Of a stretch of DNA of 64,000 nucleotides, positions 19,532 to 38,774 are shown one piece after another. This DNA comes from an uncultured Actinomycetes bacterium (GTDB lineage Bacteria; Actinomycetota; Thermoleophilia; Gaiellales; JAICJC01): NCBI GenBank assembly GCA_963731515.1, contig CAVSVU010000016.1:309715-373714 (forward strand). Direction: 5' to 3'. A program made the position numbers and the translations under genes. Below the pieces are notes generated by a model that was not told where the DNA came from, made no database searches, and saw nothing but the letters and a program-made list of their open reading frames with translations. Each line of letters starts with the position of its first letter. Position 1 is the stretch's first letter.

Positions 19532-20233
19532 CTAGTTGCTGATCTTCACCCAGTCGAGAGCGCCGGTGAAGTAGTCGCAGGTCGTCTTGACCTGGTCGCA
19601 GTTCAGCTTGCCGCCGATGGAGATCGGCCGGGTGTTCGAGATCGACCCCGTGTTGCCCTTCGCCGTGCCGGCGACGGTTCCGTCGATCGTCAGTGTGACC
19701 CCGGTCGACGTGCGGGTGCACGTGGCGACATGCCACGCATTGTCGCTGGTGACCTGCGACGCCTGCACCGCCTTGCGCACGAGCGTCCCCGACGCGTTGC
19801 GGCCGCGGAACACGCAGTTGATGCGGCCGTTGGGGTTCTCGAGCTTGAAGTATCCGCCCGACGCGCCGGCCTGACCCTTCTGGACGATGTTGCCGAAGTG
19901 CTGGTTCGTCCGGAACCGGATCGAGACGGTGTACGTCCCCGATCCCGGGTTGAGCGAGTTGCTGTTCGCCTGCACGATCCGCTCCGGCTTGGGCGGCGGG
20001 TTCGTGGGACTGGCGAACGGCCACTGGTACGCAGTCGCGCCCGAGATGCTCACGCCCGTCTGCACGGCCGACCCGATCGTGCCGTTCACGTGGCCGCTGG
20101 AGTCGATCATCGTATGGGCGCCCGGGCCCTCGTTCATCTCCCAGTCGGCCAGTGTCGCGGCCGACGCGGAAGCAGTCATGGCAAGAAATAGGACGGCCGC
20201 AACCGCCAGCGACTTGCCGAGTCCGTGCCTCAT
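19532..20233 (-). CDS. secreted LamG/concanavalin-like domain protein
   Basis: C-terminal 233 aa of ORF 19532..21256, from MRHGLGKSLAVAAVLFLAMTASASA (signal peptide). The LamG-like pattern is ..SIRFRT..IVQKG..GGYFKLE..WHVATCTRT..LTIDG. Confidence 0.75.
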   Translation of the reverse strand: MRHGLGKSLAVAAVLFLAMTASASAATLADWEMNEGPGAHTMIDSSGHVNGTIGSAVQTGVSISGATAYQWPFASPTNPPPKPERIVQANSNSLNPGSGTYTVSIRFRTNQHFGNIVQKGQAGASGGYFKLENPNGRINCVFRGRNASGTLVRKAVQASQVTSDNAWHVATCTRTSTGVTLTIDGTVAGTAKGNTGSISNTRPISIGGKLNCDQVKTTCDYFTGALDWVKISN

Positions 20234-20335
20234 AGTGTTCCTCCCTCTGCCTCTAGGGTTCGGGGGGCACCTTACCCGCTCCGGCACGACGACTACCCGA
20301 ACGGGTGGTCGAATTGCCGATCTAGACTCACCCCC

Positions 20336-21337
20336 GTGCTGGAGATCGGATACAAGGCGTCGGCGGAGCAATTCCCCGCCTCCGAGCTGCTCGCGTACGC
20401 CCGGCTGGCCGAGGAGGCCGGGTTCGAGAGCGTCGCCGTCTCCGACCACTTCCAGCCGTTCCGGCACACGGGCGGGCACGCGCCGGCGGCCCTGCCGTGG
20501 CTGGGGGCGCTGGCGGCGACGACGACCCGGGTCCGCATCGGCACGAGCGTCTCGACGCCCACCATGCGCTTCCACCCGTCGGTGCTGGCGCAGGCCTTCG
20601 CGACGATCGAGAACCTGGCGCCGGGACGCGTGTTCGTCGGCGTCGGCACCGGCGAGTCGGTGAACGAGGTGCCGGCGACCGCGATGGAGTGGCCCGGCTT
20701 CTCGGAGCGGCTGGGGCGGCTGGAGGAGGCCGTCGAGCTGATGCGGCGCCTGTGGACAGAGGAGCGGGTCAGCTTCGACGGCCGCTGGTACCGGACCGCC
20801 CGCGCCACCGTCTACGACCGCCCGCAGCGGCCCATCCCGATCCTGGTTGCGGCGGCCGGGCCGCGGGCCGCCCGGTTCGCCGGCCGGGTCGGCGACGGGT
20901 TCATCACCACGAGCGGAAAGCCGGACGAGCTCTACCGCGACACGCTGCTCCCGGCCGTCGCCGAGGGCATCGCGAAGGCCGGGCGCGACCCCGACGCCTA
21001 CGAGCGCCTGCTGGAGGTGAAGGTGTCCTATGCAGCCGACGTCGAGACGGCGATCGCCGACTGCCGCTACTGGGCGCCGCTCGCGCTTCCGGCCGAGGCC
21101 AAGCAGGGCGTCGACGACCCGCTCGAGCTGGAGCGGCTCGCCGACGCCGACGACGTCCACCCGGAGAGCCGGTTCATCGTCTCGGCCGACCCCGACGAGG
21201 TCGCCGAGCGGATCGGCGCAAACGTCGCGCTCGGCTTCCGCCACCTGGTCGTCCACGGGCCTGGCCCCGACCAGGCCGGGTTCATCCGCCGCTTCGCCGC
21301 CGACGTGATCCCGCGGCTGCGGGCCCGCTTCCCGTAG
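20336..21337 (+). CDS. fgd: F420-dependent glucose-6-phosphate dehydrogenase family oxidoreductase
   Basis: GTG at 20336 within ORF 20225..21337. The protein recalls mycobacterial Fgd1 along its length (LEIGYKASAEQF, SDHFQPFRHTGGHAP, GVGTGESVNE, FWAPLAL). Confidence 0.9.
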   Translation: MLEIGYKASAEQFPASELLAYARLAEEAGFESVAVSDHFQPFRHTGGHAPAALPWLGALAATTTRVRIGTSVSTPTMRFHPSVLAQAFATIENLAPGRVFVGVGTGESVNEVPATAMEWPGFSERLGRLEEAVELMRRLWTEERVSFDGRWYRTARATVYDRPQRPIPILVAAAGPRAARFAGRVGDGFITTSGKPDELYRDTLLPAVAEGIAKAGRDPDAYERLLEVKVSYAADVETAIADCRYWAPLALPAEAKQGVDDPLELERLADADDVHPESRFIVSADPDEVAERIGANVALGFRHLVVHGPGPDQAGFIRRFAADVIPRLRARFP

Positions 21338-21344
21338 AGCCGGG

Positions 21345-21821
21345 TCAGGGCGGGCGGGTGAGCCAGCGACGCTCTGCGTGCCAGCGCTGGAGTGTGCGGT
21401 GGCTGGGGGTGTGGGCGGTGCAGGCGTGGCACGCGTCGTGCGGTTGATGGTCGAGGGGTGGCGCTCCTCTTGCGTAGCGCGCTTCGAGACGGCGACGCAG
21501 GTCGGGCCAGGCGTAGCTGCCGGGCCTGTGGCGAGGCGGTGGGCCGCGGAGCTGGTTCAGATGGGCATCCAGGGCACGATGGCGAGCGGCCGTCATGCAG
21601 CCGTTGGCCTGCCACACCCCCATCAAGGTGCGGACGAAGTCACGGCCGCCGCGCCTGGTCTGGAACGCCTGGGCGGCGTGGCCGGGGCACAGCCACACCG
21701 CGACGCGATAGCCGAGGCGAATCTCCTCGGTGCGCCCCCGAGTGCGGTCGACGCAGATCGCGCACACGGGGCGTTTCAGCGGCAGGTTGCGAGCCTTGTA
21801 CAGGGTGGGGAGGGCGTACAT
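21345..21821 (-). CDS. hypothetical Cys/His-rich protein
   Basis: Inner ATG of ORF 21345..21902 (MYALPTLYKARNLPLKRPVCAICV..CPGHAA..). Codons are GC3-rich. I recognise no family. Confidence 0.45.
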   Translation of the reverse strand: MYALPTLYKARNLPLKRPVCAICVDRTRGRTEEIRLGYRVAVWLCPGHAAQAFQTRRGGRDFVRTLMGVWQANGCMTAARHRALDAHLNQLRGPPPRHRPGSYAWPDLRRRLEARYARGAPPLDHQPHDACHACTAHTPSHRTLQRWHAERRWLTRPP

Positions 21822-22097
21822 CGCACCGATCAGTGTGACCGCGGAGATGTGACAGGTGGGTGACGACGCGTCGCAGATGTGTCGGGGAACCGCAAATGAC
21901 ACATGCCAACACCGCCAACTGCCGGTTCAAACGTCTCCGCCCCCAGGGGAGCTCTTTCAGCCCGAAAGGTGTAGCTCACCCTCGTTTGCCCGTTCCGGGA
22001 CGGCTGGACGTCAACGAACGACGGCCGTCGGGACAGCGTGATGACCTCGCTGCTCCCAGGTGGTCTCGCAGAGAGGGACTGAGGACGTCGCCGCGGT

Positions 22098-23048
22098 TCA
22101 GCCGACGGCCGGGACGAGCTCGCGGCCGAACAGCTCGACCGCGTCCAGGTCGTCGTGCAGCAGGTGCTGGAGCATCATCCGCTCGACGCCGGCATCGGCC
22201 AGCTCACGCAGCCGCGCGACCGCCTCGGCGGCCGTGCCGCACACCCATGTGTCGCGGTTCTCGGCCAGGACCGAGGCGCCGTCGCCCTGCTCGAAGCCGA
22301 GGTCGACCAGGCGCTGCGCCCGGGCCTCCGCCTCGGCCGCGTCGGCGCCGACGACCACCATGCACATCGCCGAGAGCACGAGCGACGACGGGTCGCGGCC
22401 GTGCCGCGCGCAGGCCTCGTCCATGCGCCTCCGCAGGGCGCGGCACTCCTCGACGGTCGGGCCGACGACGTTGTACTCCTGCCCCAGCCGCGCCGCCACC
22501 TCGACCGTGCGGCGCTTGCCCGAGCCGCCCACGATCAGGGGCGGGTGCGGGCGCTGGACCGGGCGCGGCAGCGCGTCGCAGTCCTCGAGCCGGTAGTGGC
22601 GGCCGGCGTAGGAGAACGACTCCGTCGTCCACTGGCCGACGATCACCTCGGCCTGCTCCTCGAACACCTCCATGCGCTCGCCGAGCGGCGGGAAGGGGAA
22701 GCCGAAGGCGCGGTGCTCGCGCTCGTACCAGCCGGCGCCGAGGCCGAGCTCGACTCGCCCGCCGGAGATGTGGTCGACCGTCGTCGCCGCGCGGCCGAGC
22801 ACCGACGGGTGCCGGAACGTGGCCGGCGAGACCATCGTGCCCAGGCGGATCCGCTCGGTACGAGCGGCGAGCCCGGCGAGCGTCGTCCAGGCGTCGAGCG
22901 ACCCGCGGGTGGCGCCCTCGTCCACCGAGACGTAGTGGTCGGAGCGGAAGAGCCCCTCGAGCCCGACCCGCTCGCACGTCTCGGCGAGCGCGATCCACTG
23001 CGGCCAGGTGACGTCCTCCTGGCCCTCGATCATCAGGCACAGGCGCAT
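22098..23048 (-). CDS. LLM-class F420-dependent oxidoreductase
   Basis: ORF 22098..23081, trimmed to MRLCLMIEGQ. Luciferase-like pattern (SDHY, ISGGRVELGLGAGW, HPPLIVGG). Confidence 0.85.
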   Translation of the reverse strand: MRLCLMIEGQEDVTWPQWIALAETCERVGLEGLFRSDHYVSVDEGATRGSLDAWTTLAGLAARTERIRLGTMVSPATFRHPSVLGRAATTVDHISGGRVELGLGAGWYEREHRAFGFPFPPLGERMEVFEEQAEVIVGQWTTESFSYAGRHYRLEDCDALPRPVQRPHPPLIVGGSGKRRTVEVAARLGQEYNVVGPTVEECRALRRRMDEACARHGRDPSSLVLSAMCMVVVGADAAEAEARAQRLVDLGFEQGDGASVLAENRDTWVCGTAAEAVARLRELADAGVERMMLQHLLHDDLDAVELFGRELVPAVG

Positions 23049-23238
23049 GGCGGCTGACGCTAGCACGGCCATCGCGGACAAGAGAATTCACCGCACGTTT
23101 ACGAATGGTTTTCCGGGCGGTAACCCAATGCGCCCGCGGGACGACGAAACTGCCTCCGCCGTACCGCAGCGGCGCGCTCCCCCGGGCGCGCCGCGACAAA
23201 GCCTGGGCCCGCTGCGAGGTTCCCCGGAGGGGGAAAAT

Positions 23239-23270
23239 GCCCGGGGCTCCGCTGTGAGGGAGCCCCGGGC
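23239..23270. other. 12-bp GC hairpin in the glgE upstream region
   Basis: GCCCGGGGCTCC-gctgtgag-GGAGCCCCGGGC, 55 nt upstream of the glgE ATG. On the minus strand it is followed by ATTTTCC. Confidence 0.4.
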
Positions 23271-23324
23271 GACCATCCCGCGCCGACGCCGGAGAGGCCG
23301 CGATCGTCTAGCGTCCCAACCCCC

Positions 23325-28652
<5,328 letters not shown>

Positions 28653-28656
<4 letters not shown>

Positions 28657-30547
28657 CACCGCCCGGCGCCCGCGGCGCGCTGGGAGCGCTGGCCGCGGCC
28701 GAGGGCGTGCTGCGGTCGTACACCGAGACGACCGGCCGCCGCCGGCGGGCGTCGCCCGCGGCCCTCGCCGCGACCCTGCGGGCGCTCGGGCACGACGTGG
28801 ACGAGTCCGGCCGCGGGGCCGCCGCGGCGCTGCGCGCGGCCGAGGCGGCCCGGGCGCAGCGGCTGGCGGAGCCGGTCGCCGTCGCCTGGGGGCGGGCGCG
28901 GGCGCGGATCCGGCTGACGCGGCGGGAGCGCGCGGCCTGGACGCTCGCGGTCGAGGACGGCGGCGAGCTGCACGGGGCCGCCGGGGACGGGACGCTGGAG
29001 CTGCCCCGGCTGCCGTACGGCTGCCACCGGCTGCACCTCGAGGCCCGCGGGCGGACGCAGACCGTCGCCGTCCTGCAGGCGCCGCGGCGCGCGCACGCCG
29101 GCCCGGCCCGCTCGTGGGGCGTGTTCGTGCCGCTCTACGCGCTCCCGGGGCCGTTCGGGCCGGGCGACCTGACCCGGCTGCGCGAGCTGGCGGAGTGGAC
29201 GGCGGGCCTCGGCGGCGACCTGGTCGGCTCGACGCCGCTCAACGCCGCGTTCCTGGACGAGCCCTTCGAGCCGAGCCCGTACGTGCCGGTCAGCCGCCTG
29301 CACTGGAACGAGCTCTACGTCGATCCGGCGGCCGCGCCCGAGTGGGCCGCGTCCGGGCGCGCCCGCGAGCTGGCCGCGGAGGTGCGCCCGCCGGAGGGCC
29401 GCCTGATCGACTACCGCGCGGCGATGGCCGCCAAGCGGCGCGTGCTCGAGGCGCTCCTGGCCGACCTGCCGGAGTCGCGGGTGGACGCCTTCGAGCGCCA
29501 CCTGCGCGCGCACCCCGACCTGGCCGACTACGCCGGCTTCCGCGCCCGCTGCGAGCGCGAGCGGGCCGGGTGGCGCGACTGGCGTGACCCCGATGCGCCC
29601 GGAGACGAGGCCGCTGCCCGGTATCACGCCTACGCCCAGTGGCTGTGCGAGGAGCAGCTCGCCCGGGCCGGGGAGGGGGGTGCGGGCCCCTACCTGGACA
29701 TGCCGCTCGGCGTGCATCCCGGCGGCTACGACACCTGGCGGTTCCGCGAGCTCTTCGCCGAGGGCGCGTCCGTCGGCGCCCCGCCGGACGACTTCTTCCT
29801 CGGCGGCCAGGACTGGGGCCTGGCGCCGCTCCACCCCGGCCGTCTGCGCGAGGACGGGCACGCCTACCCGATCGCCTGCGCCCGGGCCCTGTGCCGGCAC
29901 GCGGCGGCCGCTCGCATCGACCACGTCATGGGCCTGCACCGCACGTTCTGGGTCCCGCACGGCCTGCCCGCGACCGAGGGCGTGTACGTGCGCTACCCCT
30001 TCGAGGAGCTCTATGCCGTGCTCTGCATCGAGTCCCACCGCGGCCGCACCCGCGTCGTCGGCGAGGACATGGGCACCGTCCCCGGAGGCGTGCGGCGGAC
30101 GATGGCGGCGCACGGCCTGCTGCGCACCTACGCCGTCCAGGCGGAGCTCGGCCACGGCGCCGATCCGTTCGACCGCGTGCCTTCTGCGGCGATGGTGGGC
30201 ATGAATACCCACGACATGCCCACGTTCGCCGGATTCTGGGACGAGGATGACGCCGCCGGGCGCCGCGAGGCCCTGCGGTCCGCGCTCCGCCGCCGCGGCC
30301 ACGCGGCCGCCGACGGGCCGGCCGCGCTCGACGCCTGCCTCGTCGAGCTGGCCGGCTCGGATGCCCGCGCGCTGCTCGTGGGCCTCGAGGACATGTGGTG
30401 GGAGCGCGAGCGCCAGAACGTGCCCGGAACGACGACCGAGCATCCGAACTGGCGACGGCTCGCCCGCTACCGTGCGGACGAGCTCGACGCCGTTCCCGAC
30501 CTGGCGCCGCGGCTGCGCCGAATCGCCGACGCGAGGAGGTCCCCCCG

Positions 30548-30551
<4 letters not shown>
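28653..30551 (+). CDS. malQ: 4-alpha-glucanotransferase (GH77)
   Basis: GTG at 28653 overlaps the treS-mak stop (GTGA). GH77 motifs [16 protein letters not shown] and THDMPT are present. Confidence 0.9.
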
Positions 30552-32482
<1,931 letters not shown>

Positions 32483-32486
<4 letters not shown>

Positions 32487-34314
32487 CGCAGGGCCGCCCC
32501 CGCCTGGGGGCGACGCCGAGCGCCGACGGGAGGGAGACGCGGTTCGCCGTCTGGGCGCCGAACGCCGGCCGGGTCGACGTCGTGCTGCTCGACCCGGACG
32601 ACGTCCTCGCCCTCGCACCCGGCGACGAGGGGATCTTCACGGGCGTCGCCGCGGATGCCGGCCCCGGGCGGCGCTACCGCTACCGCCTGGACGGCGGCGA
32701 CGAGCTGCCCGACCCGGCCTCGTCGTTCCAGCCCGAGGGCGTCGCCGGACCGTCCGAGGTGGTCGCACCCCGGCACGACTGGACCGACGACGGCTGGCGC
32801 GGCGTGCCGCTCGCACGACCTCGTGCTGTACGAGCTGCACGTCGGCACGTTCACGCCCGAGGGCACGTTCGACGCCGTCGTGCCGCGGCTGGCGGAGCTG
32901 CGCGAGCTGGGCGTGACCGCCGTCGAGCTCATGCCGGTCGCGCAGTTCCCGGGCGGGCGTAACTGGGGCTACGACGGCGTGTTCCCCTACGCGGCGCAGG
33001 ACTCCTACGGCGGCCCGGCCGGACTGCGCCGGCTCGTCGACGCCGCCCACGCCGCCGGCCTGGCGGTGTGCCTCGACTGTGTGTACAACCACCTGGGGCC
33101 CGAGGGCAACGTGCTGCCCCGGTTCGGCCCGGTCTTCACCGACCGCTACCGCACGCCGTGGGGCGCGGCCGTCAACATGGACGGCCCCGGCAGCGACGGC
33201 GTGCGCGCCCTCCTGATCGGGAGCGCCCTGCGCTGGCTGGAGGAGTTCCACGTCGACGCGCTGCGGCTCGACGCCGTCGACCAGATCGCCGACGCCTCGG
33301 CGACCCACTTCCTGGCGGAGCTCGCCGACGCGGTCGCCGCGGCGTCGGCCCGGGCCGGGCGGCCGCTGCACCTGATCGCCGAGAGCGACCTGAACGACCC
33401 GCGCATGATCACGCCGCGAGCGGCCGGCGGGCTGGGCATGGACGCGCAGTGGAGCGGCGACCTGCACCACGCCCTGCACGCGCTGCTCACCGGCGAGGAC
33501 GGCGGCTACTACGCCGACTTCGCCGGGCGGGGCACCCGGATGGCCGCGCGGGCGTACCGCGAGGGCTTCGCCTACACCGGCCAGCCGTCGCGCTACCGCG
33601 GCCGCCGCCACGGCGCGTCCGCCGCCGGCATCCACGGCAGCCGGTTCGTCGTCTTCGGCCAGACGCACGACCAGGTCGGGAACCGCATGCTCGGCGACCG
33701 GCTGGCGCAGACGGCCGGCCTCGAGGCGGCCAAGCTGATGGCCGGTGCGGTCCTGCTCGCCCCCCAGGTGCCGCTGCTCTTCATGGGCGAGGAGCACGCC
33801 GACGACGCGCCCTTCCCGTACTTCACGAGCCACGCGGGCGCCGAGCTGATCGAGGCCGTGCGCCGCGGCCGTGCGGAGGAGTTCCGCGCGTTCCGCTGGG
33901 CGGGCGAGCCGCTCGACCCGCAGGCGGAGGAGACGTTCCGGCGCGCCACCCTGCGCTGGGAGTCCCGGAGCGAGGGCGTCCACGCGCAGGTGCTCGACCT
34001 CTACCGCGAGCTCCTGCGCCTGCGCCGCGAGCTCACGCCGCTGCGCGACCTCGACCCCGACCGGGCCGAGGTGGCGCGCAGCGACGATCCTCCCGTCGTG
34101 TGGATGCAGCGCGGCGACCCCGCGGGCGAGACTGTGCTCGTGTGCCTGCACTTCGGGACCGAGCCGCGCCTGCTGGACGTGCCCTTCGGCGCGGCCGGCC
34201 GGCACGTGCTGCTCGACTCGGCGGACGCCCGCTTCGGCGGCCCGGGCGCCGTCGCGCCGTCCGGCGGGGCGATCACCGCCCAGCCGCAGTCGTTCGCCGT
34301 CCTCGGCGGCCGGC

Positions 34315-34322
<8 letters not shown>
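32483..34322 (+). pseudogene. treZ: malto-oligosyltrehalose trehalohydrolase, frame interrupted (+1) near 32808-32812
   Basis: The N-terminus [26 protein letters not shown].. runs to ..WRGVPL in one frame. The sequence then continues [17 protein letters not shown].. in ORF 32655..34322. Confidence 0.88.
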
Positions 34323-36443
<2,121 letters not shown>

Positions 36444-36447
<4 letters not shown>

Positions 36448-38737
36448 GGCTCCCGGCCTCCTGCTACCGCCTCCAGCTCTCGCCGGCGTTCACGTTCGAC
36501 GACGCCCGCCGGGCCGCCCCCTACCTGCGCGACCTGGGGGTCGGCGATGTCTATCTCTCCCCGATCCTGGCCGCCCGGCCGGGGAGCGCGCACGGCTACG
36601 ACGTCTGCGACCCCTCCCGGGTGAGCCCGGAGCTGGGCGGCGTCGAGGGGCTCGAGCGGCTGTCCGGCGAGCTGGGCCGCCTCGACATGGGGCTCATGGT
36701 CGACGTCGTCCCCAACCACATGGCCGCCGACCACCGCAACCCGTGGTGGTGGGACGTGCTGCTGTGCGGGCGGGCGTCGGCCCACGCCCGCGCGTTCGAC
36801 ATCGAGTGGGACGCGCCCGGGGCCGACGGCCGGCTGGTGCTGCCGCTGCTGGGCTCCGCGCCCGCCGACGCGATCGCGCGGGGTGAGCTGCGCCTGGTGC
36901 ACGAGGACGGCGAGGCGCGGATCGCCTACTTCGACGCGCGCTACCCGGTCGCGGCGGGGACGGACTCGGCCGGCGCCCTCGAGGCGGTCGCTCGCGGCCC
37001 AGCACTACCGGCTCGAGGACTGGCGCACAGGCGTCCCCAACTACCGCCGCTTCTTCGACATCGCCGACCTCCCCGCCGTCGCCGTCGAGCACGAGGACGT
37101 GTTCGCCGCGACGCACGCCGAGATCGTGCGGCTCGTGCGCGCGGGGATCGTCACCGGCCTTCGCATCGACCACATCGACGGCCTGCGCGACCCCGCCGGG
37201 TACCTGGAGCGTCTGCGCGACGCGACCGGCGGCGCCTACGTCGTGGTGGAGAAGATCCTGGCCCGGGACGAGTCGCTGCCGCCGGAGTGGGCGACCGCCG
37301 GGACGACCGGCTACGACTTCCTCGCCCTGGCCGGCGGCCTCTTCGTCGACCCCGACGGGGCCGCGCGGCTGCACGCCGCCCACCGGCGGCTGACCGGCGC
37401 GCCGGGCCGGTTCGGGACATCGCGGACGTCCGCGAAGCGGGCGGCGCTCGCCGGGATGCTCGCGCCCGACCTCGCCCGCGTGGAGCGGGCCGCGCCCCCC
37501 GGGCTCGACCTGGGCGCGCTGCGCGAGCTGACCGTCGCCCTGGACGTCTACCGCACGTACGTGCGCGACGGCGATGCGGGCGCCGCCGACGCGGCCCGCC
37601 TGCAGGCCGCCGGGGAGCGAGCGGGCGGCGGCGCGCCGGCCGTGGCCGCCGCGATCGCGCGGCCGGCGCCCGAGGCGCGCCCGTTCGTCCAGCGCTGGCA
37701 GCAGCTGACGGGCCCGGTCGCGGCCAAGGGCGTCGAGGACACCGCCCTCTACGTCGACACCGCCCTGCTCGCCCGCAACGAGCCCGGCTGCGCGCCGGAC
37801 TGGCCCTTCACCGGCGCCGGGGAGCTCCACCGGCGGCTGGCCGAGCGCGCCGGCGGCCACCCCCTGAACGCGACCTCGACGCACGACACGAAGCGCAGCG
37901 AGGACGTGCGCATGCGCATCTCCGCCCTCTCCGAGCTGGCGGCCGACTGGGAGGAGGCGTTCGCCCGCTGGCACGAGCGCAACGCACCGCTGCGGCGGCG
38001 CCCGGACACGGCGCCGGACGCGAACGAGGAGTGGATGCTCTACCAGACGCTCGCCGGCGCCTGGCCGATCGACATCGAGCGCGTGAACCGGTTCGTCCTG
38101 AAGGCGCTTCGCGAGGCCAAGGTGCACACGAGCTGGGCGGCGCCGGACGAGGCGTACGAGGCGGACGTGGCGGCGTTCGCGGAGGCGATCCTGGCGTCGG
38201 CCGGGTTCACGGACGACCTGGCCGCCTTCGCGGCCCGCTGCGCCGAGATCGGGGCGCGCAGCTCGCTCGCCCTGCTCGTGCTCAAGCTGGCCGCCCCGGG
38301 CGTGCCCGACATCTACTGGGGCAACGAGGACTGGGACCTCTCGCTCGTCGATCCGGACAACCGCCGCCCGATCGACTTCGCGGCCCGCGCCGCGCGAGCC
38401 GGGGAGCGAGCCCAAGGTCGCGATCACGAGGGCCGGCCTCGACGCTCCGCCGGCGCGACCCCGGAGCTCTTCGCCCACGGCGCCTACGTGCCGATCGAGG
38501 TCGCCGGTCGCCATGCCGAGCGCGTCATCGCGTTCGCCCGCGTCCACGAGGGCCGCTGGGCGATCGCGGCGGTCTCGCGCCTGACCGCGGCGCTGGACGG
38601 CTGGGTCGATACCCGCCTCGTCCTCCCGGCAGCGCGCCCCGGGACGATGGCACGACGTCCTCACGGACGCACCGGTCGGCCTCACCGCGGCCGCCCTCTT
38701 CGCAGATCTCCCGGCCGCACTCCTGGTCGCGCGGTGA
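36444..38737 (+). pseudogene. treY: malto-oligosyltrehalose synthase, frame interrupted (+1) near 36988-36991 and 38645-38648
   Basis: ATG at 36444 overlaps the glgX stop (ATGA). Three frames carry [20 protein letters not shown].., then ..LAAQHYRLEDWRTGVPNYRRFFDI.., then ..WHDVLTDAPVGLTAAALFADLPAALLVAR*. Confidence 0.88.
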
Positions 38738-38739
38738 CC

Positions 38740-38772
38740 GGTGCCTGGCACCGCGTCGCGGTGCCAGGCACC
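38740..38772. terminator. 13-bp hairpin built from two copies of the palindrome GGTGCCWGGCACC (bidirectional, treY/proA)
   Basis: GGTGCCTGGCACC-gcgtcgc-GGTGCCAGGCACC, lying between the convergent stops at 38737 and 38775. Confidence 0.55.
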
Positions 38773-38774
38773 TG

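Noticed and set aside
21970-22010. GTAGCTCA, which resembles a tRNA D-arm, in the lower-GC spacer.
   Set aside because: No T-loop (GTTCGAAT-like), no acceptor pairing and no anticodon stem could be built around it.
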